Assembly: GCA_965644295.1 (NCBI GenBank) | Contig: CBFFRP010000656.1 | Location: 1 to 27,545, forward strand | Reading direction: 5' to 3' | Length of the DNA stretch: 27,545 bases | From: Paraphysomonas bandaiensis | Taxonomy: Eukaryota; Protista; Chrysophyceae | Shown here: positions 9,459-19,792 of the stretch, piece by piece | Layout: each line of letters opens with the position of its first letter | How positions within the stretch are numbered: position 1 is the first letter of the stretch | Notes under the pieces: generated by a model | Database searches by the model: none | What the model was told of the DNA's origin: nothing | What the model saw: the letters and a program-made list of their open reading frames with translations, nothing else | Position numbers and translations under genes: made by a program

Positions 9459-12400
9459 TTAATTAACACTAATAACTATAACATGCGACGTACCTTTGCA
9501 TGGCTTCAGAAATCGTTGTTTCACTCCTTCGTCTGTTCCATGCAATGCCTGAATGTACTTGATGTCGTAAGTGCCGTTCCTATTTACTGATTGCACAGTG
9601 GCAACTAGCCCATGAGTGGTTCTCACTTTCTGGCCCACTTCAAAACGAAGTTCACTGAAATTTACTCCACCACCATCCTCCAAATATTCAGTCAAGTCAG
9701 TCAAATCGTCTCCACATTCGTCGGAACTGTCATTGCAATCATCAGCAAGAAGTGGTGTAGTAGAGAGCGATTTCTTTGGAACGGTTTTCTTCCTACTGGT
9801 AGTATTCTTTGACTTCCTCACAGATTTTTTTCTAGGAGGACCATCAGGTTGAGCTTTGGCAGTTAGTCCAGCATCAGACACATCATTTCCGTCCACATCT
9901 TCTACAATACGTCTTGCGGGCTGACCTTTCTTATTACCAGAATGTCTTACAGATGAAGTAGATTCCACAACTCTCATTGGAGGAATGGTAGTCCCACACT
10001 TTAATTTCCGACTTACTTTCTCCTTGGGTCCAACTTCATATTCCGAAATAGTAGGACCGTTGAACAAGACATCGAAAAAAGGAATGTGCAATGGATTCTC
10101 TGCAATATAGTCAGTCGCAATATTCGTCTTAGGAGTTACTTCGTCACGCCACTTAATCCAGTCTCTGGCAACAGCGGGGTTTTTATCCTTGTACGTGTTT
10201 ATCATACGGTCGCAGCAATCCGTGATGATCTCACGAGAGCCTTTTATGAAAGGGTCAACAGTTATTTGGTGAGACTTGGGGGGAAGGGACTTCAAAATAA
10301 GCAGAGGCTCCTCAGTGTCGAGCGGACGTTGAGTTACCCTCGTCAACTGCGGAATCAAACCGGTGATGTTCTCTTTCTCTCCAGTCGGGCAAATGACATC
10401 TTTCTTTGGGTCATCAACAATTTCAATAACTTCCTGCTGAGCATATGCCTGGTAAGTGGACTTCACGAAATGCGGATATCTGTCGCCCTCGGTGTCACCT
10501 ACTCGTTCAAATGTAAATTGCAATTGCGTCCAATTGGTTTTGGCAAAATTGGTTCTCACTTTCTGGCCCACTTCAAAACGAAGTTCACTGAAATTTACTC
10601 CACCACCATCCTCCAAATATTCAGTCAAGTCAGTCAAATCGTCTCCACATTCGTCGGAACTGTCATTGCAATCATCAGCAAGAAGTGGTGTAGTAGAGAG
10701 CGATTTCTTTGGAACGGTTTTCTTCCTACTGGTAGTATTCTTTGACTTCCTCACAGATTTTTTTCTAGGAGGACCATCAGGTTGAGCTTTGGCAGTTAGT
10801 CCAGCATCAGACACATCATTTCCGTCCACATCTTCTACAATACGTCTTGCGGGCTGACCTTTCTTATTACCAGAATGTCTTACAGATGAAGTAGATTCCA
10901 CAACTCTCATTGGAGGAATGGTAGTCCCACACTTTAATTTCCGACTTACTTTCTCCTTGGGTCCAACTTCATATTCCGAAACAATTGGTTTTGGCAAAAT
11001 AGCCTAAGCTAAGATCTATGAATGGTGCAACCCAATCAGCATAATTAGGGAATGCAAATACATCAATAACTTTCACATCATCAAACTTTTCAAACGCCAT
11101 CATAATCATTGTCTTAAATTCTGAAGGGGAGTAAACGAACTCATTTCTCAACAAAGTCCACAACAATGCAAATAACGCATCTATATCTTCATGAGTGTGT
11201 CCAGGAAGGAGTCTTGTCAATACCACTTTTGACACCAAACCACACGCAACAAGTAAATAACAGATGGCTAAATATAAGACATTCGCATTCTCAGACCCTC
11301 CATCAATTTGATGAAATATCGTGTTCGGAAGTCTTCCTTCTAGGTATTGCTCTTCCAAACTGAGTAGCCACGTATGGACATAATAGCTAGCATTCACAGA
11401 TACATTTGCAAAACTCCTGTACATTCTGATATTGCGACCATGCATAAGAATACCTTGTAAGTGCTGCTTGATATGCTGAGAAGGCATTCTACTGTGTCCA
11501 AACCAGGGCAAAAGACACCTATTCTGCTGCATACCGTCAGTGATTGTGGACATGTACTTCCATTTCTGATCAAAAGCAAGTTGTCGCCGACTATAGTACG
11601 CTTCGCGTTCCCCCATGTAAGTTAGACGATGCAAAATGAAAAGCATTGTGACTTCTTGCCTCCCACGGGAATCATTAAAGCTTCTTCGCAATTCTGACAA
11701 CGCCGAGCAGAGGTTGCATTTCCCACAACAGTGTTTAAACTTTCGAATTTTGACATGCGGAAAACAGTCTTTCCAAACTTGCAAGAACTGCTTAATCGTC
11801 AAAGGTTTCATAGCACCATCACCGTATGACTCAATATCGTGTTTATATTCATCATAAATTTCCTTCTTAGGTATAGGCTCCAGGTGCAATTCTTCGCAGC
11901 GATTTGGGGGGTTATCACCCACAAGTTTGAAATAGTATCCCATCCATGCACTTGAAGTTAAAGATTGCACCGAATTTGGAAGGCTTGCGCGGCCATACTG
12001 TTGACGGGAGAGGGATATTCCAAAGTGCTGACAGAATTTGCTAAGGTTTTGATCATTTACACCAAGTGTTCTTGTAGATGTCCGATCAATAAAATCCTTG
12101 GCTGTATTTCTCTCTCCTGACTTCAATCGACAGACAAGAGAATCAGTGTACCAATGAGAAATTCTGTACGCTGCTTCAAAAGCTTCACGGCAAATATGAA
12201 CAGCCTCCGGTCCTTCGCCTAATTGATAGTTTATGAAGTACTTATTGGTAAGAGTGACACGCATCGGAAATCCCGCTATTTTGGCAAAGAGAAATTCCTT
12301 CTTCTCAGCTGGTTTCAAACGGGCTAAGTCATTGATACACTTGAAAAAGAGTTTCTTGGCCTCGAATTCGACACCAGGGTTTAAATAACGGTATATCACA

Positions 12401-12477
12401 CACCCTTCACAAGGACATGATATAACACAAACAAGGCAGCAACAAGCTTGAGTGTGAGTTTTCAGCATTGGCTTCAT
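9459..12477 (-). pseudogene. DDE transposase with C-terminal Tudor-like domain, frameshifted by a 451-bp internal insertion
   Basis: CGKCNLC, ITDGMQQ, QIDGGSEN, LPGHTHEDIDALF. The two tracked ORFs join as ...GYFAKTNWTQLQF... once the insertion is removed. A possible splice acceptor near 12488 suggests an upstream exon. Sola assignment is from motif recall. Confidence 0.8.
10550..10981. repeat. 432-bp copy of 9617-10048, flanked by a 19-bp direct repeat
   Basis: CAATTGGTTTTGGCAAAAT at 10531-10549 and 10982-11000. Confidence 0.92.
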
Positions 12478-12645
12478 TTGAAGTATTCTGAAGCAAAAAA
12501 AAATATCATCATCCAAAAAAATGACAGTGTGCAATCATATAAAATCATATATATCAGCACTGAAATATATACAGTTTACTGTATGATGAACAATCACATA
12601 ATATAATAATATGCATGTATAAAAACACAATACATTCTGCCACTC

Positions 12646-12861
12646 AGTCACTTCGTAGCGAGCCGTCGCTCAGCCCGGAAGGTATTCCTTGTTTGAAATG
12701 TATGTATCTTTATTAAAATCACTTAATCATGATATATAGTCACTTCGTAGCGAGTGCGCCGCTCAGCCCGGAAGGTATTCCAATTCATGTTTGGTAAGTG
12801 ATGCAAACAGCTTCTTGTGTGTGAGTTATTGCCGTCATAGCGAGCTGCCGCTCAGCCCCGA
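12646..12861. repeat. ~43-bp GC-rich motif, two copies plus a partial, in the transposon intergenic region
   Basis: AGTCACTTCGTAGCGAG...CGCTCAGCCCGGAAGGTATTCC at 12646 and 12738, partial at ~12838. Confidence 0.75.
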
Positions 12862-13324
12862 CAGACAATATCAACGCAACACAAGCGCATGTCATCGTAT
12901 ATAATATACATATATAATAATATAATACTCTAGCAGCAACTAAACGAACCTTGAAATGAAACACACTCCCAAATCTCAATTGTTCTATAACTATTCAACA
13001 GAGTAAACCAGAGTAATATACATGCGCCATTGCTTGCTATTATTATTATGTATGAACAATCCGCTTGTCATGCATGCGTCTGTCTTTCAAAATAAACTCA
13101 CGCACCCTCATTTCAAAAATAGATACGGTGTTGTGCGTATACGTGTATACCTATACTATATACCGGCATAGTGTTCGCAAAAATATCTTTTTTATGCATT
13201 TGAAATGTGTGCAGCAGTATGACTACATATCTATCTGATGTAATTTTAAAATAAATATATACTTAATTTGGTTAAACCAAGACTTGTTATAAGAGAGAAG
13301 TATATATAAATATTGTCAACAACA

Positions 13325-14861
13325 ATGGAGGATGGGTTGACGAATTTTGCTTTTGATTCTGATGACGATAACTCCGACGAACGAATACAACTTATTACAT
13401 ATGTGCAATGTGTAAAGCAACGTTTAATTCAAATGAAAAAGGGGTTTCCATTTTGAAGTTGCAATGTGTTAGTTGTTGCAGGAAGTCTAGATTAGATATG
13501 CTTGCTGCACTTGGTGAATCCGAAGTTGATGATAATTCTGAACTGCTTGATGAGAGTGCTGTGCCACAAGAAAGTGGTTCCAGTATTTTGTCACCAGAGA
13601 GAGGCAACAAAGACGAAGAGGGTAATGAGATGGGAAGCATCCTGCACCAGTTTAATTGCAATGAGGACTCCTTCACAGTTAACATTGGTGGTTACAACCA
13701 AACATACTGCCGCAAGAAGTTCATTTCAGATGGTGGTTCTTCTGTAAAGTGTTTCTTGGATTTGGAAATGCTATCGATGATCCCTTTATTGTTCAATTAC
13801 TATGTACTTTCAGCTGTACTTGGCAAAGACGGTTCATATGTTAACTATTCTCGCTGTTGGGTGAGTAAAAACTCTGATGGAAAACAATACGTTGTTCTCT
13901 GTTACCTTCGGACCAAATGTAACAAATGGCGCTGTGACAGTGTTCTGTATGATCCCACTGAAAGTGGAAAAATTTTTCTGCTTACAGGTTTATCAAAAAT
14001 GAAGCAGTACACTTTCCTTCCCGAAGTATCTCTCGACCATGACTGGGCGAAGTCAATTTTGGAAACCTATCTCCGCGACCCAAAGAACAAACTTGCATGG
14101 GACCCACAAGGAGATGTTCCGAACAAGGATGAGACGGGAAACTGGATTCTTGATGGCTGGGATCCTGTAGAAGAAGGGTTGAAAGCAGCATTTGATCTCA
14201 GCAGCAAGAAGAGGCTTAGAAAGCGAAAGGCCTCTGTTCGATTTGCGGATGAAAATTTCAGTTCTGGCACTGGCAAGAAACCGAGAAAAAAGCAAACAAA
14301 CCAAGTCAGCGTGCTGTTGCGGTACGTATATACAACTGAATTAATTTTGTTATAACTGACCATAAAATATCTTGTGTAATACAGAAGAAGGCTGTTAGTG
14401 CAGTTGCTGCAACGGAAAATGATGAGAGAGATCGTGGCGAAGATGATCCTGTTATCATTGTCAAGCCAGCAGAGCCAAAGCGTCAACATCAAGCAAGAAA
14501 CACTCTTCCAAAGAAACCAGATATTCAAGAAGAATTGGAGGCCCAGAAACGGCGAACTGCTGAATTGGAGCAGTTGCTGATGAGTAAGACTCAGCCAACG
14601 AAAGCTTCTGCCCCTGCTGCTGTTGTGGGTGATAACTCTTTGTCTACGCAGACTACTGAAGTTCATCAGCGGACACCCTCTGCTGTAGGTCACAGTTACG
14701 AAATGACTCAACCGCCAATTTCTCTTCATGCGATGAATGCGATTAGATATGTTGAAAATGTAAAATTTGCAGATGCATTGCGCATGGCAGATCAGAATGC
14801 CTACTTGCAGCGGGAAAATATTATTTTGAAACAGTCAATGTTTGGTAGTGGCAATCAGTAA
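13325..14861 (+). pseudogene. Second, divergently transcribed transposon gene of unknown function (CxxC..CxxC N-terminus, one intron, two apparent frameshifts)
   Basis: ATG at 13325 (MEDGLTNFAFDSDDD), main ORF 13408-14321, GTACGT...CAG intron 14322-14384, open exon 14385-14861. Frameshifts are needed near 13380 and in the A-run near 14290. Confidence 0.55.
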
Positions 14862-15048
14862 GTAGTAGTAGTGATGTAACGATTTCGTAGTGACATAATC
14901 TTATTATAATATAATAAATGTTTAGAATTAGTCCAATTATCGTGTTATTTGCTAGTATATACCAGACTTTCTCAAATATACCCTATATATATAGTACACA
15001 TCACCTGGTCAAAGTACTTGACCAGGTTTTTACCTACCATCGACTTAT

Positions 15049-16373
15049 TGCAACGACCCTATTGATGATTCGTTGGTGAATGCGAGAGTAAAAGTGAAGG
15101 GAAAGAAATTGTTGGTGATAGCGACTACAACGATTAGACCGGGAGACGAAATCTTTTTATCATATGGAGAGGAGTATTGGAAAGATCGGCTGCATTTGTT
15201 GACATCAGAACAGTCTGCCAAGATTCAGCAAGAGAGTAGGAGGAAGAAGATCCAGGAACAGAGGGAAGAACGGAGTAAGAAGACGGTCGAAGAGACATCA
15301 GGAAATAATGGTGAAGAGCGAGTAGGGGAGGCAGCAAAGACTAAAGCGATAAGAGTCAAGGAGGCGGTACAAGGCCTAAGCGAGTTGGAAGAAGAGAAAT
15401 ATGTGTATGATAATCAGCTGCAGTGTCCGGAGTTGGCCGAAAAGTTGCAGTATTTGGTGGGAAAGAAGTTTATAGATGATGAGAATGGGCAACTGTATGA
15501 GGTGCAGAAGATTTTCTATTCACATTCGGAGAAGGCAGTGTTGGGATATCGTAGGTCGTTGACAGGAAAGGCGCACAAGTATGACGATGACCCGTTCTAT
15601 GTACATGGACCTTCAGGACTTTTGATGCTGACAGACTTATATGATGTAGAACATGAGGATGATGATGCTAAGTGGCCGACGACACCTTTACAATGGAGAG
15701 CGGAACAGATGAGAGATGAACAGTTAAGAGAATGGAACAAAGAGATGAACGAAGGAGAAGTTAAAGAAGTGGAAAAAGGTTTGGTCATAAGCAAGCGCGA
15801 TATGGGTGAAGGAGTATATGGAATCCATAGACGATGGACACCTGCGGGAAGGACTATATGGCAAAGATGGGTACCTGAGAGGTTGAAGCGTACATGTATT
15901 AAGATCTTTCATGAAGGTCTAGGACATGCAGGAGCAACGAGAGCAGTGAATACCATGGCTCTGCATTACTATGGGGAAAACATGAAAGAAGAGTTGGGTG
16001 TGCACTGTAGGACTTGTATATCATGTAAGCTTAGACAGGCGTACTACAGGAGGCCAAAAGTCCCGACAATGGAGTATCCGGAGGTTAAGGAACCCATGGA
16101 AAGATTACATATCGACTTGGTAGTGGACCTTCCAGAGACAGATAATGGCAACAAGCATATATTGGTGTGTAAGGATTCTAAGAGCAAGTTTGTATGGTTA
16201 TTCCCATTGGCAGATAAGGAAGCTGAAAGTGTAGCGCAAGCTCTAGTGAAAGGGGTGTATAATGCATTTGGAGTACCAAAGATGGTGGTATCCGATCGAG
16301 GAAGGGAGTTTAGAAACCAGTTGGATACGAAATTAGCTGAGTTGTATAGAATTCACCGAGTATGTACTACACC
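15049..16373 (+). pseudogene. pol: Pol A part 2: SET C-part, unknown domain, integrase zinc finger and core
   Basis: CNDP..VNA..IATTTIRPGDEIFLSYGEEYW; HEGLGH...CISC; LHIDL; SDRGREF. Confidence 0.9.
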
Positions 16374-18405
16374 AAGTAAACATTATGCAATCGTGGGATT
16401 TTTTTTTCCCACGTTTTTAGGAGTATTTGAGGAGTATTTGAGGAGTATTTGAGGAGTATTTCTCGTATACCGGTATATTGTACTATACTATACTGCTGTA
16501 CTGTATATGTATTCGTTTGTACGAGTAGTACTCTACTATGCGCATAGAGGTGTATGTATGTGTGCGAGGAGGATATTTGAATTCTTGTGCACAGATCAGC
16601 ACCCACACACATAGCACAGACTCCTCTGATATGCGGTCTCATCTCCAGCAGAAGAAGGTTGTTCACTATTAATCAGGTTAGTTTTCAGGCGTGAAGTGGT
16701 CTGTTGCGTGTGTCGCATGCTACCAACTCACACTCTCTGTTCACATGTGTCTGATCAGCACTGTGCGCACTGATGTGAGTTGAATGGTATAAGTGGGTCT
16801 TGGGGGCGCAGTGGGGTGCAGGTCTTCTCTCCGGTAACACGGATATGAGATATAAAGGCACCTCCCTAAACGGGGATTTGTCAGCACTTAACGAGAGTTT
16901 TGTTGCTGGCAATTAAGACGCGCTTCTCTGCTCAGCCTTGTGCTGGGTTAGAGTGTAAGACGACGGCCCTCGCATCACTGTACGTGAGCCAGTTTTCTAG
17001 ATTAATGGCAAAACCGCATATAGCTGTACATTCCCACTGTACCTGTAGTGTATGACGTGCATGTCAATATATATTATGTCAATACTTATGATTGACACTG
17101 TCCTAATACACTGCTTTGTTGCGCCTGTATCGTAGATCGGTCAGCCATATATTAGCGAGCAGGAGTCTAAACGTGATCAGGCCGCATTGCTTCTTACCCC
17201 CTGCGTAAAGTACACGTGTGATCTCTTGTTGAGCTAATAGCCTGCTCTATGCTCATCTTGTACTGAGAGTCAATAGTGTATGACGTGTATTGCTTGTGTG
17301 ATGGGTATATTATGTTGTACACTTATACTGCTGCTGCGTGTGTTAGCTGAGTGAATATAGTATGCTCAGACAGGGTACATCGAGAGATAGTGTATGGCGT
17401 GTATTATTGGTTGTGTGATGGGTATGTTGTATATGGTTATGCTACACTTATATTCTCTCGTTCAGGCAGGGTGTATCGAGAGATAGTGTATGACGTGTAT
17501 TGGTTACACAGTGTTTATATGTTGTACAGTCATACTACTGCTACGTGTGTTAGCTGAGTGAATATTTTAGTATGCTCAGGCAGGGTGCACCGAGAGATAG
17601 TGTATGACGTGCATTGGTTGTGTGATGGGTATGTTGTATATGGTTATGCTACACTTATATTCTCTCGTTGAGCCGAGTTCGTGGGAGAGGCTCATGTTGT
17701 ACTGGGAGACAATAGTGTATGACGTGTATTGGTTGCACAGTGTCTATATTATGTTGTACAGTCATACTGCTGCTACGTGTGTTAGCTGAGTGAATATAGT
17801 ATGCTCAGGCAGGGTGTATTGAGAGATAGTGTATGACGTGTATTGGTTGTGTGATGGGTATATGTTGTATATTGTTGTGCTACACTTATATTCTCTCGTT
17901 GAGCCGAGTGCATGCAAGAGGCTCATGTTTTACTGAGAGACAATAGTGTATCACGTGTATTGTTTGTGTGATGGCAATGGGGTGAACTACAGTTCAATTG
18001 AGTGAGAAAGTGATAAATATTCATGGACTTAGTGTGTGTTGTTCATACAGTGAAACTAAAGTTACATGATGTAATGTATTCATGATCGTACGTAAGTTGT
18101 ATTTTTAAATCACAAGTGGCTAGAAACAATGTAGCTACGAGTAGGGCAATGACTGCTGGCATCATGATGATCAATGGGTTGACAGTGGTAGTATGAGGGC
18201 AGATAACGTGGTTGCTGGTAACCAAAAAGGCGCTTCTGTTACATCCTATGAGACTTAAAATTATAATAAAATTAATATTTTTTGTTGTCTCTAACCCTAA
18301 TACCACCAATAGAATTGTTTCTTTAACATTTCTACTTAAATACTGTAAATACTCCTAAATTTCCCAAAATATCGTAAAATTCCCACGTTTGCATAATGTT
18401 TACTT
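16374..18405. mobile_element. Non-autonomous TIR DNA transposon, 2032 bp
   Basis: TIR AAGTAAACATTATGCAA(T/A)CGTGGGA; ACC duplicated at 16371-16373 and 18406-18408; subterminal GAGTATTT repeats at both ends; removal restores CTTP-QNPRSNG. Confidence 0.92.
17265..17975. repeat. Internal minisatellite-like array, ~100-120 bp alternating units
   Basis: ATAGTGTATGACGTGTATTGGTTG core recurs about 7 times with two alternating unit types. Confidence 0.85.
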
Positions 18406-18408
18406 ACC

Positions 18409-19091
18409 ACAGAATCCAAGATCTAATGGGTTGGTAGAGAATATGAACAAGACATTGAAGGATCAACTACACCATTACATTAATGCACGACAATCTGATT
18501 GGGATGTTTTCTTAACAACGGTGCAACTGATGTATAATTCAACGGTGAATGCTGCTACAGGATATACACCTTTTTATATGATGTTTGGAAGAGAGTCATC
18601 TACACCTGAGAGAGTGGGAATGTGTGAACTAGAGGAGCAGAATAGTGTAATGGGTGAAGAACGGGACGTAGATGAGGCTTGGGTAGATAAGTTAACTACA
18701 GCTTTGCAGTGGGCATGGGTAGTTACTACTCAGAGGACGAGGAACAATTGGTTGAGGATGAATAGAGACACCCACACTCATGCGGCAGAGATACGGCATG
18801 AAGAGGGAAGGAAGGATTGTAAGATAAGACATCTACCGTTTAAGGAGTACCAGGTTGGGGATCTATTCTTCAGAAGGAGATGTCCAGTAAGAGCATTTTC
18901 ATCGGCATCGGATAAAGAGAAATATAAGGTGTCCATGAAGCTACAACCAAGATTTGAGGGTCCATACAAGGTGACGAAGAGGATTAACCCAGTATTGTAT
19001 GACTATGATTAATGGTAAGACTGTAAGGGTACATGCGACTAATATGAAACCCGACAGTTATGTCGAGAGACCTATTCAGGTCTCGGATTAG
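18409..19091 (+). pseudogene. pol: Pol A part 3: integrase C-part with GPY/F motif; frameshift near 19005
   Basis: NPRSNGLVE, YNSTVNAATGYTPFYMMFGR, KLQPRFEGPY; continues in another frame as INGKTVRVHATNMKP...QVSD*. Confidence 0.85.
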
Positions 19092-19099
19092 GGGGGAAG

Positions 19100-19792
19100 T
19101 GTAGCAATCTTGGGTGTAGTGGAAATGGTGGGTTATAAGGTTGTTGTGATATGAGAGCCAAGGTGAAGTAGTATAAGAATAACATGAGATAAAAGGTAGA
19201 AGATGGTTAAGACAAGGTCACGAGATATGAGTATTAAGGCCAGATACAGGGTTGGAGTGTACCGGGACTATCCGTATATACGGACGTAACGGACGTTTAT
19301 TGTAGCCCGTACAGTATTATGGTAGTATGAGTAGCATGTAGACGTTATAGGAGACAGTATGGAGTAGATAGTAAGATGATAAGAGATTGCTGTAGGGATA
19401 TTTCTGGAAGTGGAAACTAGCTATTTATGGCTAAAAACCCATTTCTAGAACCGCTATGGAAAAATAGGCTAAGTTATACGAGTTTTTAGATAGGGCAGAA
19501 TTATAAGATAAAAGGATATATATAATCAGCACAGTTAAGTGTTAGTGAAATTAAGCGCTATCTATCTACCTACTATCCAGTGCACGCATGGATAAAGAGG
19601 ATATATATGTCTACTGATACCCATATGGATGACACTCAATCATCCGACATCGCCACATGTTCAGTGAAATATATCATAAATAAAGAAGTGATCTTAGTAA
19701 TAGTAAAACAATGTTGTGATTATTAGAGTGTAAGTAATGAACACGATAGAGTTCATTTTAAATGGTAAAAACTTCGTGTAACTCAAACTAGC
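19100..19792 (+). repeat. 3' LTR of element A (interrupted by element B)
   Basis: PPT AGGGGGGAAG followed immediately by TGTAGCAA; no partner LTR in the window. Confidence 0.7.

Larger units (their letters stand above)
8892..15046 (-). mobile_element. TIR DNA transposon (Sola-like DDE family), 6155 bp
   Basis: 27-bp TIRs AAGTCGATGGTA(A/G)GTAAAAACCTGGTC with 1 mismatch; ATT duplicated at 8889-8891 and 15047-15049; removal restores GRY-CNDP in frame. Confidence 0.92.
7375..19792 (+). mobile_element. Ty3/gypsy LTR retrotransposon A (5' part missing; SET domain in Pol; interrupted)
   Basis: RT-RH-SET-IN order, PPT at 19090-19099 and TG-start LTR at 19100. Confidence 0.9.

Noticed and set aside
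9459-10997. Independent 512-aa gene with an internal repeat
   Set aside because: It is the transposase C-terminus plus the 432-bp inserted copy; its start is created by the insertion.
17265-17975. CRISPR-like periodic array
   Set aside because: The intervening sequences are themselves repeated, no cas genes are present and the context is eukaryotic; it is a minisatellite.
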